Under the pieces are notes generated by a model that did not search any database, was not told where the DNA came from, and saw nothing but the letters and a program-made list of their open reading frames with translations. The translations under genes were made by a program, and so were the position numbers. Positions 8,626-18,470 of a stretch of 18,509 nt of DNA are shown one piece after another. The stretch's first letter is position 1. Each line of letters begins with the position of its first letter. The stretch lies in the NCBI RefSeq assembly GCF_006345805.1, contig NW_021824482.1:1-18509 (forward strand). Direction: 5' to 3'. Source of the stretch: Octopus sinensis. Taxonomy: Eukaryota.

Positions 8626-8690
<65 letters not shown>
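8626..8690. repeat. (TA)n microsatellite
   Basis: Direct inspection. Confidence 0.95.
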
Positions 8691-8692
<2 letters not shown>

Positions 8693-8805
8693 TATAAATA
8701 AATAAGGGATGGTATTTTTAAAAGCGAGTTATCAGCCGTTCAGGCAAATTAATAAAATATATAATACAATATTAGATATGTACATATATATACAAGGGCA
8801 CTACA

Positions 8806-9212
8806 TACTCTTTACTCTTTACTCTTTTACTTGTTCCAGTCATTTGACTGCGGCCATGCTGGAGCACCGCCTTTAATCGAGCAACTGGACCCCGGGCTTT
8901 ATTCTTTTGTAAGCCCAGTTCTTATTCTATCGGTCTCTTTTGCCGAACCGCTAAGTAACGGGGATATAAACACACCAGCATCGGTTGTCAAGCAATGCTA
9001 GGGGGAAAAACACAGACACACAAACACACACACGCATATATATACATATATACGACGGGCTTCTTTCAGTTTCCGTCTACCAAATCCACTCACAAGGCTT
9101 TGGTCGACCCGAGGCTATAGTAGAAGACACTTGCCCAAGGTGCCACGCAGTGGGACTGAACCTGGAACCATGTGGTTGGTAAACAAGCTACTTACCACAC
9201 AGCCACTCCTAG
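8806..9212 (-). mobile_element. Major tRNA-headed SINE, full-length copy D
   Basis: Head GGAGTGGCTGTGTGGTAAG (A-box-like), GGTTCAGTCCC (B-box-like), ACCTTGGGCAAG central motif, internal CA/TA microsatellite, (GAGTAAA)n-type 3' tail. Confidence 0.93.
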
Positions 9213-9323
9213 GACTTGCGGAAGAAATACGTAACGGTCTGTTGGTTTTGCTGCAATCTGGGCGGCGTTATTCTCCTTACATTGGCTCCGCCCATGGTGA
9301 TAGTTGAAGGAGCAGTGGCGGTT

Positions 9324-9908
9324 CTATTCAACGAATGGGGAATTCCAAGCCTGAAGCAGGAAACATTTTAGATGGGGGCACTGACGGAATACATCATTCC
9401 TGGAGTTTAAAAAGGCTTCCGGGTCAAACGAGTTTTTAGGATTCTTACACTCTCAGCCAAGTTAAGCTTACATCATTTGTTCTCCCGTTTATATAAACGC
9501 CTAGTTCAAGGAGCTTCCATTTAATTATATGTAGGGTTCCTTCCTCTTTTATGCGCCATACCTGGCTAGCCAGAGACGTGATGTTGCGCCTTACCGGTAT
9601 CCTAAAGGAAGAATTATAGCTGTCAGATGTTGCTTAAACGGGGTTACTGTTGAACTAACATATTTTCGTGTCTCTGTATTGGATGTACTACCACCGCCGA
9701 AATTTCTTTCGTTAACTTCGGGTCTGATATCTTTGTTGTTGTTGCTAGAGTCGCTGCCGGTACTGATATTCCTGGACGTGAGTCTGGTGGTTCTGCTGTT
9801 TCTGGTGTAGCATCCATTTCTGTTGGTGCTGCTGCCGCCGTTGTAACTGTTGGTATTGTTCTCTTTTAGTGCCTTATAATTTAACACACTCACCGATAAA
9901 TTTTCCAC
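9324..9908 (-). pseudogene. Decayed GIY-YIG endonuclease C-terminal region of a Penelope-like element (Neptune-like)
   Basis: Frameshifted minus pieces: ETRKYVSSTVTPFKQHL / YNSSFRIPVRRNITSLASQVWRIKEEGTLHIIKWKLLE / CKLNLAESVRILK / FLNSRNDVFRQCPHLKCFLL..* (stop 9324-9326). These match the recalled PLE pattern YIG.T...FK.R...H.SSF...T.L...W.LK....I.W.I...C.LCL.E...LN.R.E....C.H...FLL. Confidence 0.75.
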
Positions 9909-10086
9909 CTATTTCTTTTTTATTTTTCTAAAATTTTCGTTGCGTCTTGCAACCTTTTCAATAGTTTTGGCTCTCTAAAACTATTGAAAAGGTTGCAAGA
10001 CGCAACGAAAATTTTAGAAAAATAAAAAAGAAATAGGTGGAAAATGTACCGGTGAGTATGTTAAATTATAAGGCACTAAAAGAGAA
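9859..10086. repeat. Near-perfect palindrome, 110-bp arms, 8-nt loop
   Basis: 9859-9968 versus reverse complement of 9977-10086: 3 mismatches; loop GGCTCTCT. Confidence 0.95.
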
Positions 10087-10194
10087 TGGCTCTCCCCAGA
10101 CACAACAAAATATGCTTCCACACACGAACTCACATAAAGAATCTTGCAAATCAAATCCCCAAACGAAATATTTATATGTATTTATACATATAAA

Positions 10195-10850
10195 ACTTTG
10201 ATAGGTTTCTGCTTGTATAATAGCACCACCTGGTGAAGTCTTTTAGTCATATATGGGGCACCATGGCCCACTATAGGAAACAGTTATTATTGTTGGAGAC
10301 ATAACCGAGTGGAGGAGGTTGGTCCGGGATGTTTTGAAGAAATTTGACTAGTAAACTTTTGAATTTTATGGGATCTGTTTCCGTTTTGACGTATTTTGGT
10401 ATGGTATTAAAAAGAGTTGAACCGGTTGAGGTAAAGTAGTTGTGACGTAATGTTATGTGTCATGAGTTCGATTTTTGTAGTGGGCGGATAGCACGGGGGC
10501 CATGTTTTGGATGGATTTTAAAATTGATGCCAACATAATTTGTGCAATATTGATGGAATATTTTCCACATCACACAAATGATGTAGCGCTCCCGGCGGTG
10601 TTAGAGGGAGTAGAGATTGAGTTTTTTTTAGTTGACCCCAATAATCAATGCCTCTCATGCTGTCTATCTTTCTTGTTATTGACCCCTGGAGTACTTCCCC
10701 TTTCATAATGAGTTGCTTCGTATGGGGAGACAACAGTGGACAACCGTACTGAAAGCGGGGTCGGACAAAAATAGAGTAGAGAAGGATGATAATGTGGGCA
10801 TCTCTAGACCGGAAAGTTCTCAGAATCCAGGAGCACCCATATACGCAGGT
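10195..10850 (-). mobile_element. 5'-truncated CR1/L2-group LINE: RT C-terminus plus 3' UTR
   Basis: Minus: WILRTFRSRDAHIIILLYSIFVRPRFQYGCPLLSPHTKQLIMKGEVLQGSITRKIDSMRGIDYWGQLKK, (frameshift) LNLYSL*HRRERYIICVMWKIF...GSTLFNTIPKYVKTETDPIKFKSLLVKFLQNIPDQPPPLGY. These are the VRP.LEY..WSP, Y.ERL..L.LYSL..RR and LFN.LP..FK..LD.FL motifs. Confidence 0.88.
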
Positions 10851-10879
10851 ATGTGTATTCTATATGTAGGTATGTACAT

Positions 10880-10959
10880 ATGTTTATGTATATATGCATA
10901 TATTTTCTATATTATTTATATTATATATATTATTTATATATATATATATTATATATATA

Positions 10960-11026
<67 letters not shown>

Positions 11027-11105
11027 TATATATACACATATATATATATATATTTATACACATACGCACACACAACCACACACACATATATATATATATA
11101 TATAC
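10880..11105. repeat. (TA)n/(CA)n microsatellite
   Basis: Direct inspection; followed by (TTTGACA)x3 at ~11106-11126. Confidence 0.95.
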
Positions 11106-11189
11106 TTTGACATTTGACATTTGACATTTAACTATATCAGTGGGAGGGATGGAGAGAGTACCGTGAAAACAACTAGCACACGAAATAGC

Positions 11190-11530
11190 CAAATAATAAT
11201 AGTAATAGCAATAACAACAGCAACGTCAACAACAATAACGACAACACCATCATCAATACGACGGCTTATTAGCGGCGTGAAAAGCAATACACCACCACCA
11301 CTACCACCATCAACCACCACCACCACCAGCAACAACATCAAGAATAGTAATTACAACTAAAAAATATACAACGATAACTAGTAACAAAAACATCACAGTT
11401 CTCATCACCGACGTCATCAACACCTTTCTCCTTCTCATCATCTCGTCATCGTCGTCATCGTCGTCATCGCCGCCGTCGCGCCGCCGTCGTCATCATCAAT
11501 CATCATCATCATCATCATCATCATCTTCAT
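11190..11530. repeat. Degenerate trinucleotide low-complexity region (AAC/ACC/TCG/TCA)
   Basis: Direct inspection. Confidence 0.8.
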
Positions 11531-11877
11531 GATGTTCATCATTGCTTACAGCTCGCTGGCGCGAGGATCGCCGTTTGTTTTCACATGACAGATGGCCTTT
11601 TGATAACAGCTTTTGAAAACGAGTTGGGGGCAGTGTTGCTAGTTGAGTGATGGAGAGTGGTGGTCGTAAGAAGGAAGGTCTTTGTAAAGCACGTGACGTC
11701 CAGCTGCCCGTAAACACTGATCCAGGACGGATACTCATCAATCATTCAGCGATCAGAGTTGCTAGATAGTTGCACCGAAACAACGTTGCACTAATGATAG
11801 GAATTTACATGTATTTCCGGTAATGAGGTGGATATTAGTGATTTTTCGCTTCTTTTTGTTGTGCCGAAGAAGAATCC

Positions 11878-11957
<80 letters not shown>

Positions 11958-12070
11958 GACTGCCGGCCTGTCTGTCTATCTCTCTGTCTGTCTGTCTATT
12001 TCTCTATCTATCAATCAATCTGACTGCCAGCCTATCTGTCTGTCTATCTGTCTATCTATGCGATTGTTTT

Positions 12071-12102
<32 letters not shown>

Positions 12103-12108
12103 TCAATC

Positions 12109-12151
<43 letters not shown>

Positions 12152-12197
12152 CTCTCTCTATCTATATATTTGTCTTTCTGCCTATCTAAATATCTAT

Positions 12198-12274
<77 letters not shown>

Positions 12275-12277
12275 TTG

Positions 12278-12357
<80 letters not shown>

Positions 12358-12358
12358 G

Positions 12359-12393
<35 letters not shown>

Positions 12394-12415
12394 ACTGTCT
12401 ACCACTCTATCTATT
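11878..12415. repeat. (TATC)n/(TGTC)n/(TTTC)n compound microsatellite
   Basis: Direct inspection; includes a small internal duplication TCTGACTGCC(G/A)GCCT at ~11956 and ~12019. Confidence 0.93.
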
Positions 12416-12894
12416 TATGTCTGTCTGTCTGCCTGTCGATCTATCTCAACCTCGCTCCACTCTCTCTCTTTCTCTCCCATCTATTCCTTTTCTGCTATTC
12501 TGTGGGTTTGTCTGTCTACCGCTCTCTCAATATATATCTATGGACGTGCGTGCGAGTATACGTCTTAATAAAATTTATATTTTAACTTTAGAGTTTGCAC
12601 ATCCGGAATATATACACACAGAAAAACTGAAAATAAGAATCGAGAAACTCGGAGTTATGACTTGTGGAGACGACTGCTTCTCATACATATAATACAATTT
12701 ACCCTGAATCTTCTGTCTCCCCTTTTGTTTCTCTTGTCATAATCTTTTCTGTTTACACACACCAACATACACACACAAACACATACATAAACACACATAT
12801 ATGTATATTGTGTGTGTATGTGTTTATGCTTAGGCTCTTGTCTATGCTATGTTCATTCAGGAATCATAACTTAGGTGCTGTATCAATTAAAAAT

Positions 12895-12986
12895 CAATAA
12901 CTATTGGATCAATATGGTCGCCTAAAACTTTGAGGGTCTTACTCCAACATGTGTGCTGTTCAATGAGTGAAATTAGTAAAAGCTTG
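12895..12986 (+). mobile_element. Highly degraded SINE 3' end
   Basis: GAGGGTCTTACTCCAACATG...TCAATGAGTGAAATTAGTAAAAG resembles the tail of copy E. Confidence 0.45.
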
Positions 12987-13138
12987 AATATAAATGCGTA
13001 TGCATGTATGTATGCGCGTAGTGGCGTATGTACGTGTAAGCATGTATGCGGGTATGCGTGTATAAATTTGTACATGTGTATGGAAATGCAAAACATTGTA
13101 TGCAAGCAAGGCAATTTTTCTAATCTAAGTTAGGCATA

Positions 13139-13574
13139 GGCGTAGAAGTGGCTGTGTGGTATATAGCTTGCTTACGAACCGCATGGTTCCTGGTTCAGTC
13201 CCACTGCGTGGCACCTTGGGCAAGTGTCTTCTACTATAGCCTCGGGTCAACCAACGCCTTGTGAGTGGATTTGGTAGACGGAGATTGAAAGAATCCCGTC
13301 GTATATATGTGTATGTATGTATGTATGTATGTATGTATGTATGTATGTGTGTGTGTATGTGTTTGTGTGTATGTGTTTGTCCCCCAACATCGCTTGACAA
13401 CCGATGCTGGTGTGTTTACGTCCCCCGTCACTTAGCGGTTCGGCAAAAGAGACCGATAGAATAACTACTATGCTTACAAAGAATAAGTCCTGGGGTCGAT
13501 TTGCTCGACTAAAGGCGGTGCTCTAGCATGGCCTCAGTCAAATGACTGAAACAAGTAAAAGGGTAAAAGAGTAA
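13139..13574 (+). mobile_element. Major tRNA-headed SINE, full-length copy E
   Basis: GGCGTAGAAGTGGCTGTGTGG...GGTTCAGTCCCACTGCGTGGCACCTTGGGCAAG...internal (TATG)n...GCATGGCCTCAGTCAAATGACTGAAACAAGTAAAAGGGTAAAAGAGTAA. Confidence 0.93.
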
Positions 13575-13632
13575 GTTGTACATGAATAGTTTGACGAAAG
13601 TACTGCTTGGAACTCTTCCGTCCACACTCTGT

Positions 13633-13670
<38 letters not shown>

Positions 13671-13671
<1 letters not shown>

Positions 13672-13818
13672 GGTTCGGCAAAAGACACCGTTAAAATAAA
13701 ACTAGACTTATGAAGAATAAATCCTAGGATCGATTTCTTCTACCAAAAAAAAATCCTTTAAGGCGGTGCTCAGCATGGCCGCAGTCAAATGACTGAAGCA
13801 AGTAAACGAATAAAAGAA
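13671..13818 (+). mobile_element. SINE 3' fragment, copy F
   Basis: CGGTTCGGCAAAAGA...AAGGCGGTGCTCAGCATGGCCGCAGTCAAATGACTGAAGCAAGTAAACGAATAAAAGAA; preceded by (CT)n and followed by (TG)n/(TA)n to ~13970. Confidence 0.88.
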
Positions 13819-14429
13819 TGTGCGCGTGCGTGTGTGTGCATGTGTGTGTATATGTGTGTATGTGTGTGTGCATATGTGTGTGTGTGTATGTGTGTGTGTG
13901 TATATGTGTGTGTGTATATGTGTGTGTGTATATGTGTGTGTGTGTATATGAGTGGGTATATGTGTGTATGTAGCAGCAAAGTCAGTAGCCATGAATCTAA
14001 AACACCATTCATTAAAATTAATCAGTTCATCAGAAATGGACGTCATCAGCTTTTATATAAATACAAAGAAAAAAATAATAATAAAAAAAAAATAAAGCAT
14101 AAAAAATGAATTATATAAAAGGAAAAAATAAAAATCTCAAAAAGTTAACGGATTATAAGGAAGGAAAAAAAATATTCGTCACAACGAAAGTTTGTCTGAA
14201 ATATTCTGAAACCAATCTTCACGAATTTCTTCAATTAATCAACAATTTATGAGCAGCTGAAGAAGACACATTGGTTTCGAAAATGAGTGACAATCATTCG
14301 TAAACGTCAGCATTAAACATAACATGAGTAGATTTATTATTGAAATTAGTTGCAATAAAAGTTAAAGGAAGACCCTATATATATCTATACATACAGATAA
14401 ACACACTCACACACGCACATGTATATTAT

Positions 14430-14481
14430 AAACATACATACGTACATACATACATACATACATACATCATACATACCATAC

Positions 14482-14513
<32 letters not shown>

Positions 14514-14594
14514 ACATGTATATATATATATATGTATATATGTAAGCAGTGTATCATTTCTTGCTGTCTCTCTAAATATCTGTCCTGCCTGTGG

Positions 14595-14632
<38 letters not shown>

Positions 14633-14637
14633 TATCT

Positions 14638-14668
<31 letters not shown>

Positions 14669-14669
14669 G

Positions 14670-14700
<31 letters not shown>

Positions 14701-14747
14701 CCTATCTATCTATCTATCTATCTATCTGTCTATCTATCTATCTTCTC

Positions 14748-14794
<47 letters not shown>

Positions 14795-14830
14795 GTCTGT
14801 CTGTCTGTCTGTCCGTCTGTCTGTCTGTGT
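14430..14830. repeat. (CATA)n/(TA)n then (TATC)n-(TGTC)n microsatellites
   Basis: Direct inspection. Confidence 0.9.
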
Positions 14831-14896
14831 GCATATATACTCATATTACACGTATGTTTGCATATAAATATGTATGTATATATGTATGAATATATA

Positions 14897-15278
14897 TTTT
14901 ACTTGTGCGGCCATGCTGGGGTACCACATTGAAGGATTTTAGTCAAACAAACCGATCCTACTACTTACGTTTTTTTAAAAGTCTGGCACTTATTTTATCG
15001 GTCACTTTTGCCGAACCCCTAGGTTATAGAAATGTAAACAAACCAACACGGGTTGTCGAGCGCTGGAGGACAAAGACAAATACAGGAACAAAGACAAGAA
15101 TGCGCGCACACATACGATGGGCTTCTGCACAGTTTCCATCTTTCCGTCTGCCAAATTAAACTCACAAGGCATTGGTCAGCTTGGAGCTATAATTGAAGAC
15201 GCTTCTCCAAGATACCACGCAGTGGGGCTGAAACAAAACCGCGTAGTTGTAATGCGAGCTTCTTGACCATACATCCAC
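14897..15278 (-). mobile_element. Diverged near full-length SINE, copy G
   Basis: TGCGGCCATGCTGGGG...TTTTGCCGAACC...TACGATGGGCTTCT...CTCACAAGGC...CCACGCAGTGGGGCTGAA. Confidence 0.82.
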
Positions 15279-15651
15279 GTCCCAATGTATTTATGAGCTT
15301 GACCTGCTCTACGGCAATATGGTAAATGTTGAATGAATGATATATAACTAAATATATAAAAGATGGCTTGTTCTTTTTGCCATTTTTTTGACAGTCAATT
15401 CATTTGTTTAAATTTTTAAAAGATCGTTATGATTTTAACATTTTGCTGAAACGTCTGGAATATTTCCACTTCAGCCGATATTTTTCTTTGGTTTCAACCG
15501 CTCTGGTCGTTCTGCAAACTGCATGCCAAAATGTGAGCATGTCAAATAACACGTGTACATGATAGTTATCTCGCCATCTTTATCTTTGATTTTACTATAT
15601 CGCAATCAGCACCGCGCATTCAATTGCTCCTCTTTGATTGGCCACTTAACT

Positions 15652-15699
15652 ATTTACTATCTTTATATTTCTAAATTTACTATCTTTATATTTCTAAAT
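15652..15699. repeat. Perfect 23-bp tandem duplication ATTTACTATCTTTATATTTCTAA x2
   Basis: Direct inspection. Confidence 0.9.
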
Positions 15700-15989
15700 A
15701 TGATGGTTATAAGCATCTGCAGAGTAGGAATTATAGAACTAGTTTCTTCCTCTGAGTATGCACGTTCAACGATATGTTGGAACATATCCGTTTGCTCATT
15801 TATAATGGATATAAAGGTCCTTCATTTTTTAAAGATAGTCGGGTATGACTTAGGGTATTTGGCCGCTATTTCTAGTAGGTCGAGCGACCATACAGAACTT
15901 GCGTGTTATAGGTGAGTCCGCCCACATTTAACTATTTAGTATTTTGGGGATCATTCTTTATTTTTTTATGTTCCTTTTATGATCTACAG

Positions 15990-16140
<151 letters not shown>

Positions 16141-16434
16141 TAAGGTAAAAGAAATACAAGAGAAAGAAGATATCTTTAGATCACTGATAAAACTTTACAA
16201 ACCATTACTGTGTATGCATGTATGTGTGTGTATGCGCGTGTGTGCGCGTATGTATGTATATATACTTGTTCAAAGGAATATGAATAGTATCCAGGTGAAT
16301 ACATTTTTGAGCACTCTGTTGCAGCACATCACTGGGTAATTAGATTGATGAGTGATAATCGTTGTGAACAAACGATTACAATTATACTCCTATTCAATTA
16401 GTAACTCTAAAGTACGCTTTCTGAGCATAGTATG

Positions 16435-16609
16435 AAGCACAAAGAATGGGGGAGTAATGTATATTTTTAATTCATTATTTATAATACATAATTCACTTAC
16501 GCACCATTGTATTACATAACACCGACTCATCTGAAACGTGCGTAAGCGGATTATGGATTATGAATTGAGAATTTAAAATATATATAATTCCCCATTCTTC
16601 TTTGTGCTT
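16435..16609. repeat. Imperfect fold-back, ~70-bp arms, 33-nt loop
   Basis: 16435-16504 aligns to the reverse complement of 16538-16609 (AAGCACAAAGAA...TGGGG...CATAAT.C.CTTACGCAC), estimated 75-80% identity. Confidence 0.8.
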
Positions 16610-16897
16610 ATATACAAACAGCCCACATACACTGTAATGGTTTGCAAAGTTTTCATCAGTGCTCTAGAGATGGTATTTTTTCTCTAGTATTTCTTTTAAC
16701 TTACTGACGTCAAGTAAACAGCTGACTTCAACAACAGAGCAGGATTTTGTTTTATACGCGGACGACAAATAAGAATATCTGCTCGTTTATGCGTTAATGT
16801 CTTACGTCTTTTTATATTCAGTTTCCACCATTATTCTTTCTATCCGTCAGTCTCAATGCATTGGTCTGTATTGTTTGCTTTTACATTTTTATTCCAG

Positions 16898-16998
16898 ACG
16901 AGGAAAACGTTCCCCGTCCAATGGACGGTGCTGTCAAACATTTAAATCAAATTTTCTCAAAACAACTTGTCCGACTGTCCCATAGGCCTCTCCGTTGA
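16898..16998 (+). CDS. Candidate 3'-terminal coding exon of an unknown gene
   Basis: Strong pyrimidine tract TTGTTTGCTTTTACATTTTTATTCCAG (AG 16896-16897). Phase-1 frame DEENVPRPMDGAVKHLNQIFSKQLVRLSHRPLR* (TGA 16996-16998), AATAAA at 17043-17048. Frame ambiguous; no homology recognised. Confidence 0.35.
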
Positions 16999-17589
16999 GA
17001 AACACTGATTTAACCGAAATTTGAGACACAAGCAAAAGAAGAAATAAAGATAGAGATTTTTTTCTATTCCAAAGAAAAACGATTTTATTCACACAAATAT
17101 GCAACCGAAGAGTTTAAAATAGCAGTAATGATAAGGCTGTTAACTGGGAGAACACAAACATGGTTTAAACAGAAAGCTTGGCAGGAAAGAAACGTGCCTT
17201 TAAGCAGTACAAAAACAACAAAAAATGGAAGGTGCAGTTATGTACAGGTTGACGGAAGAAAAACAGCACAAAAACGATGCCTGCAAATGGATTAGCTGGA
17301 GGTAAATCTAGATGGAAAAGCATGAATTTATGAGAACGTACGTGGGACAATAATAAGTTTATCCGATAAAACATGTAGGAAATCAACTTGGGGGGGCGAT
17401 TCTTGATGAAAAGCAACAACCTAGGGAACTAAGTAAGCTAACTTCAAGGGCATGGAAAAGCTAGTGGAGCGCAGCCTTGTAAACCACATTCCTGATGTAC
17501 TTGCTCATACAAATGCACGTTCCCAAGGCTTTATCGTTCGCATTTTCCCCTGGAATCGATTTTTGTAATTTTTTCAAGACTTATACACG

Positions 17590-17707
17590 CCCTGATACCA
17601 TCGGTATCTACATATCAAATTTGAGCGCAATTGGATGGAGGATGCCCGAGATCCTAGAAGACACACACACACAGACAGACAGACAGAACAGATTTTATAT
17701 AATAGAT
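17590..17707 (+). mobile_element. 3' end of a Helitron/Helentron-type non-autonomous element (Lep1/HINE-like layout)
   Basis: CAAATTTGAGCGCAATTGGATG...(AC)n(AGAC)n...TTTTATATAATAGAT, resembling the recalled layout CAAATTT...ATCGG...(GACA)n...TATAGAT. Assignment is from memory. Confidence 0.45.
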
Positions 17708-17929
17708 TTTTCAGGTTACTCTGTTAAGTCTTATGGGCAGGAAGTATCGGAAATCAGGCTGTTCATTAGGCAAGTGACTACACTCTTGGCTTTGAATCAA
17801 CAATGTTCTAGGGATTAGTAAATGTCTGAATGTAAGTTAATGAATGCATATAAGTAGGTTTGTGTAGATGAATGAAATAGCACTCTTATAACGGGACAAT
17901 TCACTTGTGATTGGTTACTTTTTATGTAT

Positions 17930-18048
17930 GCATGTTTGTATGTCGACATGTATGTATGTATGTATGTATGTATGTATGTATGTATGTATGTATGTATGTA
18001 TGTATGTATGCATGTTCGTAGGTATGCATGCATATATGTATGTATGTA
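17930..18048. repeat. (TATG)n microsatellite
   Basis: Direct inspection. Confidence 0.95.
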
Positions 18049-18056
18049 TTCTGTTA

Positions 18057-18176
18057 TTCTTTTACTTGTTTCAGTCCTTTGACTGCGGCCATGCTGGAGC
18101 ACCTCCTTGAAGGGTTTTAATCGAATAAATCAACCCCAAGACTTATATATATACACGATGGGTTTCTTTCGGTTCC

Positions 18177-18177
<1 letters not shown>
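18057..18177 (-). mobile_element. Internally deleted SINE fragment, copy H
   Basis: TTTTACTTGTTTCAGTCCTTTGACTGCGGCCATGCTGGAGCACC...joined to ACGATGGGTTTCTTTCGGTTCCG. Confidence 0.85.
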
Positions 18178-18241
<64 letters not shown>

Positions 18242-18284
18242 ATATATATATAAAATATATAATATTATATATATATATATATAT
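18178..18284. repeat. (TA)n microsatellite (another starts at ~18472 and runs to the window end)
   Basis: Direct inspection. Confidence 0.95.
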
Positions 18285-18291
18285 CTTATAA

Positions 18292-18367
18292 TTAAGGGCT
18301 AAAGAAGGTTTCTTCTATAGCCAATACACTGATTTATCCACTTATAATCCACTTCTTTAGCCCTTAA
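18292..18367. mobile_element. 68-bp TIR mini-element flanked by TTAA (Kolobok-like signature)
   Basis: TTAA(18292-18295)|GGGCTAAAGAAG...CTTCTTTAGCCC|TTAA(18364-18367); the inverted repeat extends to 21 perfect bp (18287-18307 / 18352-18372). Confidence 0.5.
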
Positions 18368-18470
18368 TTATAGTTGTTTATACTTCAACCGTAATGGTTT
18401 TTTAATATACTGCCACGCTTTTTGATGGAATCCTTTTCTGTAGAGAAAGGGACTTCATCCTATATTGTTA

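Noticed and set aside
8616-8800. Short inverted repeat TGCCCCTTGTATATATA / TATATATACAAGGGCA
   Set aside because: Only ~9 informative bases with an indel; the rest is TA repeat. The CTGATAA on the minus strand inside lacks the other hammerhead parts.
10225-10300. Hammerhead-like CTGGTGA...GAAAC on +
   Set aside because: Core mismatch, stems I and II do not pair, and it is simply the antisense of the CR1-type LINE ORF end and 3' UTR.
10270-10480. Penelope RT thumb-like reading (ITVSYS) on minus
   Set aside because: Another frame gives a much better continuous CR1/L2-type C-terminus.
13976-14055. Box C/D snoRNA-like arrangement on minus (TGATGA...CTGA, ~75 nt)
   Set aside because: The C box lacks the purine, the terminal stem is out of register, and the guide has only ~7 nt complementarity to recalled 18S sequence. 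snoscan or snoReport would be needed.
14251-14295. CTGAAGA...GAAA hammerhead-like spacing
   Set aside because: Stem II is only 2 bp, and there is no helix III, UH triplet or stem I partner.
16705-16712. Single perfect CRE TGACGTCA; also GC/CCAAT boxes near 9283-9293 and 15636-15925
   Set aside because: Isolated short motifs with no transcription-start evidence.
17160-17460. Purine-rich stretch possibly from an old LINE ORF
   Set aside because: All frames are interrupted and no diagnostic motif was recognised.
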